64,000 bases of DNA from the human T2T-CHM13v2.0 reference genome, Homo sapiens, in assembly GCF_009914755.1 (NCBI RefSeq), contig NC_060940.1. One strand, 5' to 3'. The position numbers were made by a program, and so were the translations under genes. This document shows positions 40,035-52,035 of the stretch, piece by piece. The notes below the pieces were generated by a model, which did not search any database, was not told the origin of the DNA, and was given only the letters and a program-made list of their open reading frames with translations. Each line of letters starts with the position of its first letter. The stretch's first letter is position 1.

Positions 40035-40265
40035 GATGACTGACTCTGGCTTCAGACAGATCAGGTTCAAATTCCAGCTCTGCTGACACACCTATGAGCC
40101 CATGGTTGTGTAATTTACTCCCTCTATGCTTTACTTTGCTCTCCTGTAAAGTGGGACTCATAGATATGCCTACCAAGTATATGGCTAGGTGGAGAATTAA
40201 ATTAGATTGTAAATAGCAAGAGCTCAGAACATATAATAAATGCTGGACACTATTTGTTATTATTT
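40035..40265 (+). mobile_element. MIR SINE
   Basis: GACTCTGGCTTCAGACAGATCAGGTTCAAATTCCAGCTCTGC...CTGTAAAGTGGG. Confidence 0.8.
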
Positions 40266-40715
40266 AATTCACCATGTTGAATTTAGGGATCTAGTTCTCA
40301 ATCTTTTAGGATTAGAAACTCAATTGTATGGGCCAAGGGAGAATGAAATAGACTCACATTAACCAGCATGGAGTCTGATGTATAAACCTGAATGTTTATA
40401 AACTAAATGACAATCAGAAATACAGCTATCCAACAATGTGGTATGGTCACATGGGCAAAGCAGTGTACTCCTTTTACTTGTGGGAGGACTAATTCTAATG
40501 CTTTGGAGAGTAAACAGTGGGAAGAAATAGGAGTAGAATCAGATGTCAACTAATCTGATGCCTCTCACCTCTCCAGAGAGAGGCTTCTAGAGGGAAATGC
40601 AATGTTCAAGTCTGCCAGGCCCTGATGTCCTTCCTTTGGGACCCACAAACTTTTGGCTGCCTAGGTTTTCTTTTTCTGTGATCTAAGTAAGCATGGCCCA
40701 GATTTCAGTCATTTC

Positions 40716-41174
40716 TGTTAGGAGATAATTCTCCATGGGCCTCTCCCATTTCTGCATCTTGCAAGGGAGGTACTAACTGGCTTTTGTCATCTCTGCGAGG
40801 AGAGCAAGAGATGCTGTTTGTACAGTAAACAGCTTTGGAAGATGGAGATAATGTCCGCCTCCAAAACAAAGGGCAGGCATGCTTATTGCCCATTATAAAA
40901 GATTCTGGTTCCCTAAGCTATGGGTTTCTCTTCCATGAGGCAACCCCCTACATGTGCAGAAATCCATCTGGCCATCTGCATCAGTCCTATGGGTTTCAGA
41001 ACAACAGGAACTTTTGCAAATATGTGGTACTCACACTATTTGCTGAGCCATAAGTAATCAAACTCTTTGTCTCTGACCCCAAAGTCTTGTGTCTTCTGCC
41101 AGCATCCATGAAACTGGCAAGCAAACTTAACTTGCAAGTAGGATGAAATTTCAGATCTTTTCAAGTTCTTGATA
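40716..41174 (+). mobile_element. Solo LTR, LTR47-like
   Basis: TGTTAGGAGATAATTCTCCATGGG...CAAAGGGCAGGCATGCTTATTGCCCATTATAAAAG...GTTCTTGATA; 5-bp TSD ATTTC/ATTCC; TATAAAA at 40894-40900. Confidence 0.7.
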
Positions 41175-41309
41175 ATTCCTATCCACTCTTTCTGATTTTT
41201 TTTTGCCATGTCTGCAGAATACCTATGCAATTACTACTTTATATGTCCATAAATCAGACCCCTCTTTGAAATTGTTGATTTATTTAAAAAGAAAACTTTA
41301 TAGAATGCC

Positions 41310-41640
41310 TGTCTTTCCCCTCTTATCTGTGGTTTTGCTTTCCGAGGTTTCAGTTACCCACAGTCAACCACAGTCCAAAAATAGGTTAGTACAGTATAAG
41401 AAGATATTTTGAGAGTGAGACCACATCATACAACTTTTATTATAGTACATTCTTATAAATGTTCCATTTTATTATTGATTACTATTGTTAATTTCTCACA
41501 GTGTCTAATTTATAAATTAAACTTTATCATAGGTATATGTATAGGAAAAAACAGTCTACATAGGTTCGGTACTATCCATGGTTTCAGGCATCCACTGGGG
41601 ATCTTGGAACATATTCCTCATGGATAAGGAGGAACTACTG
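41310..41640 (+). mobile_element. MER44A (TcMar-Tigger MITE)
   Basis: CTTATCTGTGGTTTTGCTTTCCGAGGTTTCAGTTACC...GGTTTCAGGCATCCACTGGGG...GGATAAGGAGGAACTACTG followed by TA. Confidence 0.85.
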
Positions 41641-41699
41641 TACCTTAAATTAAAAACCAGTTGCTATTTCATAAATCTAAGCTCAAGATAAGTACAAGA

Positions 41700-41990
41700 T
41701 AAAAACCAAAAAAAGCGTACATATTGTATGACTCTATTTTTATGGAGTTCTAGAAAACACAAAACTATAGGGACAGAAAACAGATTATTGGGTGCCAGGG
41801 GCTAGGGAAGGGAGGAGAACTGACATCAAAGAGCATGGGGGAGGTATTTTGATGGTGGAAATCTTCTTTATCGTAATTGTGGTTGTAGTTTTTCTACTGC
41901 ATGTGTTTGTCAAAGCTCATAGAACCATATGATAAAAAGGGTAAATTTTATTGTATATAAATTTTACTTTGGTAAACTTGACTTGCAGAA
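41700..41990 (+). mobile_element. L1M 3' end fragment
   Basis: ACATATTGTATGACTC...CAAAACTATAGGGACAGAAAACAGAT...TTTGTCAAAGCTCATAGAAC. Confidence 0.8.
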
Positions 41991-41994
41991 GAAA

Positions 41995-42275
41995 AATTAA
42001 AACCAAGGTCATTAAATTCTGGTCAAGCGTTGTTGCTTGCCCAAGGCCTGAGCCTAAAGTCTGTTCTTTCTTTGCCAGAAAGGGAGGTGATGATCACGTG
42101 TTGAGGTGGTATTAAAGATCTCTTAGCACCAAACTGAGACTTTGTCCTTGTCCTAGTCAGATGGACCAATCCCATGAATCATGGGATTCAGTGCTAGGAA
42201 AGACGCATCCTCAAAAAACCCCAAACTACCTCTGTACTACCTGGAACAACAGTGGTATGTTTTGGAAACTGTGCT
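41995..42275. mobile_element. hAT-Charlie (MER113/Charlie-like) fragment
   Basis: TAGCACCAAACTGAGACTTT and terminal GTACTACC...CAGTGGTATG...TTTGGAAAC. Confidence 0.5.
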
Positions 42276-42659
42276 TCTAAGCTGACATCTCTTCTTAGCT
42301 GTCCACTCACTCTCAGGTCTGTCTGCTTGAAATTACTCCCAGACAACCCAATTCTCCTGCCCCATTGTACACTGACAACACTTGGTTCCTCCAGAGGGAG
42401 TCTTGCATACCTGCTGCCTATGGAATGTATTCACCGCACCCTCTGGGGGAACTTGCCTTGGTCAGTGCCAAGTTCTTGGGATCATTTTGTTGTTGCTTGA
42501 ACGAACAATTAATGCAATGAAACTGCATATACCTGTGCCTCCATTTCCCCTTCTGCCTCAGTCGACCCCCTCTCCCCACCCCCTGCTCCAGCCACAAATC
42601 CATCTGCCAGTCTCAGCAGTGCCCCACTGGGCCCACCAGTCAGTCTCCCAGACCACAGT

Positions 42660-43030
42660 AGGGGAAAATGGTGGCTTCCTTTCACTAGAGGGTGTGATAA
42701 ATGCTACTGTGTTTTTCTTGACTGCTCCTCTATTTTTCCTGGCATAGGCCTGGAGCAGGGTGTGCTTTGTGGCTGTGTCACTGCCAATTATTAATGTGAA
42801 CATCATCATCGGTGGCTGTTGCTGCTGCCTGGTGTTGCAAGCTAAGCTCAGCCGGGCTTTGCACGGCTCCGCAATGATCTCTATAATTAACTTAGATGAT
42901 TCACTGCTGTACACCCATTGTGCTCTTTTCAAGGCCGGCGACATCCATTTACATGAGGAGCTAAAAACAAGTATTGCCTTCTCGTGGAGGAGTTTCCAAG
43001 TGCTCACCCACCCGTTCTCTCCCTAATGAA
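42660..43030. promoter_or_regulatory. Candidate enhancer (T-box/GATA, homeodomain, SOX, NKX motifs)
   Basis: GGGTGTGATAA 42690-42700, CAATTATTAAT 42785, TAATTA 42884, CATTGT 42916, CCAAGTG 42996; several CpGs; no repeat recognised. Confidence 0.42.
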
Positions 43031-43165
43031 ACAACTTGACCTCACCCTGCCCTCGCTGCCTGTCGGAAAACCTAGTACTTGAAACTAGGCCACTGAGGAT
43101 AAACCAAGTGTTTGGTCCCCCTTTTTTCAAGGCTGGGGGCCACATGCACTCCCCCCACTCCCACG

Positions 43166-43320
43166 TTTTTTAGAGACAAGGTCTCATTCTGTCACCCAGG
43201 CTGGAGTGCAGTGGTGCAATCATAGCTCACTGCAACCTCAAACTCCTGGGCTCAAGCGATCCTCCTGCCTTAGACTCACAAGTAGCTAGGACAATAGGCA
43301 CGAGCCACCACACCCAGCTA
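43166..43320 (-). mobile_element. Alu right-arm monomer (AluJ/FRAM-like)
   Basis: GAGACAAGGTCTCATTCTGTCACCCAGG...CACCACACCCAGCTA; no left arm. Confidence 0.85.
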
Positions 43321-43445
43321 CCCCTTATTATGGACCATGTTCAATGCTCAGCACAAGGCCCAGCAGAGAGTAGACATGCAGAAAATGTCTTATTTGAATT
43401 TTTCTCTCCCAAATTTCCGCTGTCCAAGAGGATAGAAGCTTAGAA

Positions 43446-43650
43446 GCGTGGTCCTCAGCCCAGGGTGATTTCGTGCTGCAGGGGACACTTGGCGATATTT
43501 GGGGACATTTTTGATGTAGGGGGGGTGCTACTAGCGTTAGTGGGTAGAGGCCAGGGATGATGCTTAGACATCTTGCAGTGCCTGCCCCCTCCATACACCA
43601 AAGAATTATCTAGCACCAAATGGCAGTAATGCCAAGGTGGAGAAACGTCA
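43446..43650. mobile_element. MER20 (hAT-Charlie)
   Basis: GGTGATTT...GGGGACACTTGGC...GTGGGTAGAGGCCAGGGATG...CAAAGAATTATCTAGC...GCCAAGGTGGAGAAAC; 8-bp TSD GCTTAGAA/GCTTAGAC. Confidence 0.85.
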
Positions 43651-44642
43651 GCTTAGACGGTGTTGCACCAAGCTCATCTCGCCTGGATTTATTCCTGTTG
43701 GCATTTGGTTGGGCTCGGGGAAGCCCGGAGAAGTTTTTGAAGCTCTGGAATGATTGACATTTTACTGCCTGGATTTTATGTGAACTGCTGCTAATGAACA
43801 CGGCCTGCCTTGATGACTCTGCAGAGGGCACCATTCAAACGAACCAATTATGAAGGATTTTTTAACGTAAACTTTTAACCAGGTAGCCTGAGGGCTTGCT
43901 GAGCATAAAAGTACAATTTAGAAAACATGAGGTTTCCTGAGGTTCCGGGAGGCCCCGGCAGGATCAATGCTGGTGCAGGAGCTTCGGGGTTGAGAACACG
44001 GTTCTCTGAAGTCCGTGGGAGGCTCCAGCCACTGGGCTGCCCCCAAACCTTCCCCGGCAAAGAGGGGCAGAGGGCTTTTTCTTTGGGAGGAGCTGGGTGC
44101 CAGGGCGGCTAAGTCTGGAGTGGGGCACCTGGAGGTTGGGGTCCCTGGCACACACTCCCCAGGCCGCTACCTTGCTCCAGCCCTTGCACTGAAATCACTG
44201 ATTCCCAGCGCTTTGCTGACTCACTGCTTTCCTGCCTTTAGCCAGAGTGCTGGGGTTTTAAGTAATTTAATGATTCATTCCCTCCCTCCCTTGGCAGTTA
44301 TCTGCTCTGACACCTTGTGTGTCATCCATCAGAAGCTGCGACTCAGCTCCCCCAAGATGACAAGAAGGCCAGGGGCCTCTCTTTGTTTTTCCTGGTTCCT
44401 CTTCTCTCTCCAGCCCTGATTCTCCGGCAAACAGGGGATGCTGCCCAGGAAAAGCACTTCCTTCGAGGAACCTGCTAAGGACCCTCCTGCCTGCCTCTGT
44501 TTTCTGCGGTGTTATTTCTTCTGTTGCTCCACACTTCTGGGCTTTTCCTGCAAAGTCCCCCACTCCCGTCTTCTTCATCCTCCCTTTGCCACTTGGTGCT
44601 GTGCAGTACTACCCCAGGCCCTTTGCTTGGCAAACTGACATT

Positions 44643-44960
44643 GGACCTGGTGTGGTGGCTCATGTCTGTAACCCCAGCATTTTGGGAGGCTGAGGCGGGA
44701 TAATTGCTTGAGCCCAGGAATTCAAGAGTGGCCTGGGCAACACGGTAAAACCCTGTCTCTACAAAAAATACAAAAATTAGCTGAGCACCGTGGCACATGC
44801 CTCTGGTCCCAGCTACTCCGGAGGCTGAGGTGGGGGGATTGCTTGAGCCTGAGGATTGCTTGAAATAGAGGCTTCAGTGAGCTGAGATCAAGCCACTGCA
44901 CTGCAGCCTGGACAATAGAGCAAAACCCTGTGAAAAACAAACAAACAAAAACAAAAATAA
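44643..44960 (+). mobile_element. AluJ with (CAAA)n tail
   Basis: TTGCTTGAGCCCAGGAATTCAAG; internal GGATTGCTTGA duplication. Confidence 0.9.
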
Positions 44961-45015
44961 CTGATGTCAACACAAATCACAGAGTGGTGCTGGTGTGACC
45001 CAACCATGGATTTTA

Positions 45016-45326
45016 TTTTATTTTATTTATTTATTTTTTCTTGAGACAGCATCTAACTTTGCCACACAGGCTGGAGTGCAGTGGCACAATCTTGGCGCAC
45101 TGTAACCTCCTCCTCCTGGATTCAGCGATTCTCATGCCTCAGCCACCTGAGTAGCTGGGACTACATACATGAGCCACTAGGCCCAGCTAATATTTTGTAT
45201 TTTTAGTAGAGACGAGATTTCACCATATTTTGGCCTGGCTAGTCTTGAACTCCTGGCCTTAAGTGATCCACCCACCTTGGCCACTCAAAGTGCTGTGATT
45301 ACAGGCATGAGCCACCACGCCGGGCC
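45016..45326 (-). mobile_element. AluS/J
   Basis: Reverse Alu; TSD CAAC(C/A)ATGGATTTTA at 45001-45015 and 45328-45342. Confidence 0.9.
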
Positions 45327-45439
45327 CCAACAATGGATTTTAGACCCAGCACTAAACTGGTGGCTTTAGATATTTTCTTTTCTAGATCTGTGGCCTTTAA
45401 AATGTCTTTTTATTTATTTGTTTTCCCTAGCAGGAGAAC

Positions 45440-45735
45440 CTACTCATTCATTCTACAAATATTGAATGAGCATCTGCAGTTTGCCAAGCACTAGTCTAGC
45501 CACAGGGGACAGAGCTGTGAACAAGATGGGCAGGATTCCTGCTCTTCTGAAACTTACATTCTAATGGGGGAAAACCAACAATAAACAAATGAAAAACTAT
45601 ATAGTATGTCAGGTGGTGACACATACATTGAAAAGAAAGAAGCAGGGGAAAGGGTTTGAGAATGACTGGGGAGCACATTACTGTGGATGGGGTGCACAGG
45701 GAAGCCTCTTTGAGGGGAGATCTTACTTGAATGAA
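45440..45735 (-). mobile_element. L2 3' end
   Basis: TCATTCATTCTACAAAT tail; TTCCTGCTCTTCTGAAACTTACATTCTAATGGGGG. Confidence 0.75.
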
Positions 45736-45771
45736 ATCTTCCTTGAAATTTCAATATTTAAAATAGCTTAA

Positions 45772-46156
<385 letters not shown>

Positions 46157-46189
46157 TCAGCTGAGCACTGAAAGGTGAGAAGGAACCAG

Positions 46190-47095
46190 GATATGAAAAA
46201 TAACTTTATTTTAAAATTTAAAATGTAAGAAATGGCATGTTTTTTTAAAAAAAAAAAATCTAACAGCACAAAACAGTATACGGGGAAAGTATCCTAATTC
46301 CCTGGGATACTGGTCTCCTAGTCTTATTGCCCTCCCCTTCACAAATTTTATGTGTCTCCTTCCAGTAGCATTTTTTATTTACCTCAGCATTTATGTGTCA
46401 GTATCTCTGTCTCTATTATCCTTCATTTAAAAACCAGTAATACCATATTACATACAACCTTCCGCACTTTCATTTTTTTCATTTAACATAATACCCTGGA
46501 AATTTTCCTGTACTAGCTTGTAAAGGTTTTTTCCATTCTTTTAACAGTTAAATGGTATTTCCCTGTGAAACTGCATTTTCACTTATGCCACCCATCTATT
46601 GCTGGTATTAGGTGGTTTCCTGAATGATTTCAACATTGATTTGCAGATGTGTGACACTATATATATTATATATATATGTCATACATCATATCATATATAT
46701 GGTATCATATATATCAGATAAATATTGGAAATAATTACATTTATTAAACATATTAATTGGAGATATCTATATAGAGAGAGATAGATAGATACGTGAAATT
46801 CTTAGAAGCAGAATTGCTGGGTCAGAGAGGATGTGTGTTTTTCATTTTAATAGGCATTGACAATTTGCCCTACAAAAGGATTATTTATATTCCCCACTGA
46901 TTTACAAAGGCACCTTTTACCTCCAATACTTATCAACAGTGTGTTTTTAAATGTTTTCATCTCTCTTGGCTATACCGATTGGTGAAAAAAATCTCACTTT
47001 TGTTTTCATTTGCATTTTATTGACTCTCAGTGACGCTGAACACCTTCAGCATGTCTAAAAAGCCTGTTGTATTTCTTGGTCTGTGAACTGCCTAG
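46190..47095 (-). mobile_element. L1ME-like fragment containing a (TA)-rich tract (~46655-46790)
   Basis: TCTTAGAAGCAGAATTGCTGGGTCA; TTTTCATTTGCATTTT; TCTGTGAACTGCCT antisense L1 motifs. Confidence 0.7.
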
Positions 47096-47099
47096 TCAT

Positions 47100-48030
47100 G
47101 GAAATGTCAAGTTGAGAGGCCTGTTAGACGTCCAAGAGGAGATGTCAAGAAGGCAACCAGATATACAAGTTGGAGCTCTAAGGATCTTTCTGGGCTGGGG
47201 CTATAATTTGAAAGTCAGTATTACATAGATGGTATTTAAAACCATGGGAATGAAGGAACTCACCTAAAGAGAAAATGAACTAAGAGTGAGAAGAGGGCTG
47301 AGGATTAACCTAGGGGCACCTCAGCGTCTAGAAGGTGGGGGCAAGGGTGGTCAATGAGAGACTGAGAAGCAGAAACCAGAGAGAGGAGAGGGCAGGAAAG
47401 CAGAAACAAGGAGAAGAGATGCCTCAAGGGGGAACAAGGGGTCCCCTGAGAACACAAAGAAGAAAGATTCTCTTGCACCTGAGGAAATGGAGCTCATTAA
47501 TAAGCTTGACCGAGAACAGTTTCCATGGTGTGGTGAGGAAGCCAGGTTGCACTTGGTTGAAGAAATAGAGACAGGACTTGGATACACTTGTGAGATATTT
47601 TGCCAAGATGGGAAATAGCAAAACAGGACTTAAATGGGGAAAGATGAGGGATCAGGGGATAGTTTTTGTTTTGGTTTGGTTTCTTGAGATGGGAGATACT
47701 GAAGTATGTGTGATTGCTGGTGAGAAGGATCCAGGACAGAGGGGGTTGTTGATGTGTGTAACTGGAAGGGTGGAGACTCGTAGAAGGAGAGAAGGTTCCG
47801 GATACAAGTGGAGGGTAGCCTATGGTGGGAGGAAGAACATGTCTTTCACTATATGCAGAAAGATGAAGGAGAGTGGGGCGCAGGTGTGGGCAAGTTTGTG
47901 GCAAATGAGAGAGTGTGAATCTGATCACTTCCAGTCCCTCCATAAAGAATGAGGCAGGGGTGTCAGCCCAGGGTGAGGGGAGAGGAAGTGACACAAAATT
48001 TGAGGAGGGAGGAGAAGGCATGAGACGAGC
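47100..48030 (-). mobile_element. L2 LINE ORF2 remnant
   Basis: GAGGCCTGTTAGACGTCCAAGAGGAGATGTCAAG; AGATGGTATTTAAAACCATGG; GAACAGTTTCCATGG. Confidence 0.7.
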
Positions 48031-48928
48031 ATCTTGCTGAGCAGGACAGGGACTTCACCAAGGACCCAGCATAGAGGTGCCAGGCAAGTTTCAATGCCCG
48101 TTGGAGCCCTGCCCTAGGCAGCTCTGCAACCGAGAAATAAGTCTAGCCCAGTAGTAGGAGCCTTTGTGTTGCCGGGAGTGGTTAGTTTTGATGTGTCTGA
48201 TCTCGACACTGTTCCTGGAATTATTTATGTCTGAAATGATGAAAATTCCCTCCCCACATAAAAAGCGTTGGGGAAGTGGCCAAAATACCAGCCTGCCTCT
48301 CTGGGTCGTGCGGATTACTGCTGTCACGGGCATGTTTCGCGCCCCCATCCATCTTCAGCCCAGACTCCCCAGCTCATGCCTGTCAGGACGGGGCACTGAC
48401 CCCTGCTGTGGCCGAGGTTCCAGGCTTTGGGCACCATGTGGGCCTGAACACAGCTTGTGAGCAAGTGCTTTTAATAAGCATCAAGTTCCAGAGCCTCTTT
48501 TTCTTTCCTGGCCTCCTTCTCAGCATCTCAAGACAGCCGACCTCCGGCTCCCACTGAGTGTGGGATATGGTTTCCTACCTAAGTACACACTTGCCACGGG
48601 ATGGGGTATGTCCTGAGGCTGTGGGGGTCATGTACACGTGGGTTTTGTGTTACTGTGTTCTACATTGTCCAGATTCAGGATCCTCATTTTCTGGGAAATC
48701 CTACTCAACGAAAAGTCTGGGTGGAGGCTTGTCTCAGACCCCACCCCCCGCTGTCTTGAGCATTGCCACATGCTTCCTAGTCTTACTGCATCAGTCCACT
48801 CCTCTGTAAAGTGGGATGATAATATCTGCTCTCAATATCTACTGTGTGTGTTTTTTGGGGGGGGCATAGAAAATTCAAATTAAAGAATGAATGCAAATTT
48901 GCATTCCATCAAGAATGATGATGATTAT

Positions 48929-49198
<270 letters not shown>

Positions 49199-49199
49199 T

Positions 49200-49464
49200 T
49201 ATTATTATTATTTTTGAGACAGTCTCATTCTGTCACCAAGGCTCGAGTGCAGTGGCAAGATCATAGTTCACTGCAGTCTTAAGCTCCTGGGGTCAAGCAA
49301 TTCTCCACCCCAGCCTCTCAAGTAGCTGGGACCACAGGCACACGCCATCATGCCCGGCTAACTTACTACAACTATTTTTTGTAGAGAGGGGGGTCTCATT
49401 ATATTGCCCAGGCTGGTCTCAAACTCCTGGCCTCAAGTGATCCTCCCACCTTGTCCTCCCAAAG
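49200..49464 (-). mobile_element. AluJ lacking its first ~35 nt
   Basis: Reverse Alu ending abruptly at CCTCCCAAAG. Confidence 0.88.
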
Positions 49465-49467
49465 GGA

Positions 49468-49731
49468 GAGCCCAGGAGTTGAGACCAGCCTGGGCAACAT
49501 GGAAGAATCCCATCTCTACAAAAAATATTAAAAAATTAGCCAGGCGTGGTGGTGCACGCCTGTAGTCCCAGCTACTTGGAGACTGAGGCAGGAGAATTGC
49601 TTGAACCCAGGAGGCAGAGGTTGCAGTGAGCCGAGATTGCACCACTGCACTCCAGCCTGGGTGACAGAGTGAGACTCCATCTCAAACAAAACAAAACAAA
49701 ACAAAACAAAACAAAACAAAACAAAACAAAA
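49468..49731 (+). mobile_element. Alu lacking its first ~65 nt, (AAAAC)n tail
   Basis: Starts GAGCCCAGGAGTTGAGACCAGCC; about nine AAAAC units. Confidence 0.9.
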
Positions 49732-49849
49732 TGGAAAAACAGAGTATCTAATGCCGAGCCAGGCCCATCATAGGTGTTCAATAAACATTGGGGAATGAGT
49801 GAATAAACAGAAGTGTAAATTTTCCTGTTGGTAAGTCTATGTATGTAAT

Positions 49850-50085
49850 AATAGCTATAATTAATCAGTACTTACTATGTGCTGGGCACTCTGCTGAGGA
49901 GTTTATAAAATCACATCATTTATTCCTCACTGGTAGTAAATGGTCCTGTTCCCAGTTTATAAATGACAAAATAGCAGCTCAGTGAGGTGGACTTGCTTAC
50001 CCAGTGTCTCCTGCTATGTAAGTCCTGGAGATGGGATTCTAACCCAGCCCTTTCTGGTTCCAGAGGCTACATTCTTAACCACTAG
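49850..50085 (-). mobile_element. MIR SINE, near full length
   Basis: TACTTACTATGTGCTGGGCAC...GGGATTCTAACCCAG...TCTTAACCACTA. Confidence 0.8.
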
Positions 50086-50437
50086 AGTAGATACTGTGTG
50101 TGACAGCAGAGGCACCAACTTAGAAAGTGACACCAAGGTCCTGTGCTGAAGTCACGTGCTTCTCCCTGGGGTTGGAAGAGTTATTCCCATGAGTCAAAGG
50201 CTGGCTTGTGAGAGCATCAATATGCAGGGATTGAATGGGTAAATGAGCAGCTTTCTGTTCAGAGGAAGAGGAAAAGGAGTTGTGTGTGGACACACCGGGG
50301 GACATTGTGCTGGTGTGGACACCCGTCAGCCACGTAGGCTCAGCCACCGCATGCTCAGAGCTGCCCCAGGTCAACCAGGACGCTGAATGTGTTGGATTAC
50401 AGAATGAATCAGGATAAGCCAAAAGAGTTAATTTCTT

Positions 50438-50807
<370 letters not shown>

Positions 50808-51289
50808 TCATTTCCTTCTGCATCTCGGTTGGAAACAGGATGTGGTATGGTAAGGGTGGTGTTTGCGTCTCCTCTCCTTTCGACTCTTGGCCTACTGTGG
50901 CCATTTGCTACCCAAAGTGGCCCGTCAGACCAGGAGATCCCTCACCAAGCTTTGAGGCAACGGACCCCACAGGCTGAGTGGTCTCGACTCCCACCCTGTG
51001 GTCTATTATCCAGAGGATGAAACAGTGGGAGCAGGCAGGGGACAGTGATGATCATTTGAGGACCTGCCTTCTTCAGCTCTCTTCTGGCCTTTAGAGAATA
51101 AAGGGCTTAACCTCAACCTCGTGAAGCCAGGGTGTTTACTCCAGAGAGAGCACAGGGAGCTGCGATCTGAACTTGGGTGTTGTGGCGGTGCAGTGGGGCT
51201 GGATTCAGGAGGAGACCGGACAGGCTTCTTCCACCCAGGAATGACGGCCCCACTCTGCCGGCGGGCACGCACTCTGTGTACTCTGCTGG

Positions 51290-52035
51290 CTGGCTGCTGT
51301 CTCGTTCTAATAAATTAAATCTGTTATATCATCGCTGTTATATTCCTGAGACAAGCACTTCCAAGGCAGATTAGAAAGGAACTTAAGGGGATTAAAAGCT
51401 TCTCTTAGTGAAAAAACAATGTTTCAGATGGGAAATCCATTTACCAATATGAATTTCAGCAGAAATGCATGTTTTCTTTAATGCATTGCTACTGCTCAAA
51501 GAAACTGGGATTTCCCCCCATGCTGGCTGTCCTCTGTTTTGCATAAGTTATAATGCAGATTCTGTTGAGCGTGGCAAACCTCTCAGGGAGATTGATGGCT
51601 TCCATAAAGTTGCACGAAAACATTTCTCCTTTGTCCACAAGGGAAAAGAAAAGTGTCTAATGGATTTAGAGTATTAAAAGAGTGTTGGCTTGTACTGCAA
51701 ACCAGGGGAAGTCTAGGAGTAAATACCAGACACCAGAGGAAATAGATTAATTGGAAATGGAAACAGTCAATTCTCAGTTATCTGCATGTGGCTTATCTGC
51801 AATAAGTTAAAAAAAAATAAAAAGGAAAGAATCCCGGTGTTTCAGCTCCCCTGCCTGGCTGTCTATCACTGTGTGCTCAGGGAATTGAAAGCCATTTTAA
51901 TAAGCTGGACCCAATATAATTTGGAATGTAATTCTGCTGCTACAGCTATATTTTTAAAAATCAAAGAAGGCAGTCCAAAGGATATGTAATTAATTTTTTT
52001 TCTATTATTCACAGATTGGGATGCATTAACTTAAG
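51290..52035. promoter_or_regulatory. Candidate enhancer block (homeodomain/HOX/TCF-rich)
   Basis: No repeat recognised; GATTGATGG 51590, CCATAAA 51602, TTAATTGG 51747, ATCAAAG 51960, TAATTAAT 51987. Confidence 0.38.

Noticed and set aside
42558-43007. 149-aa minus-strand ORF over a conserved-looking block
   Set aside because: No protein family resemblance or convincing splice sites. The block is better explained as a TF-motif cluster, though a small exon cannot be excluded without conservation data.
47497-48021. 174-aa minus-strand ORF
   Set aside because: Lies inside a decayed L2; the P/S/L-rich composition is typical of L2 remnants.
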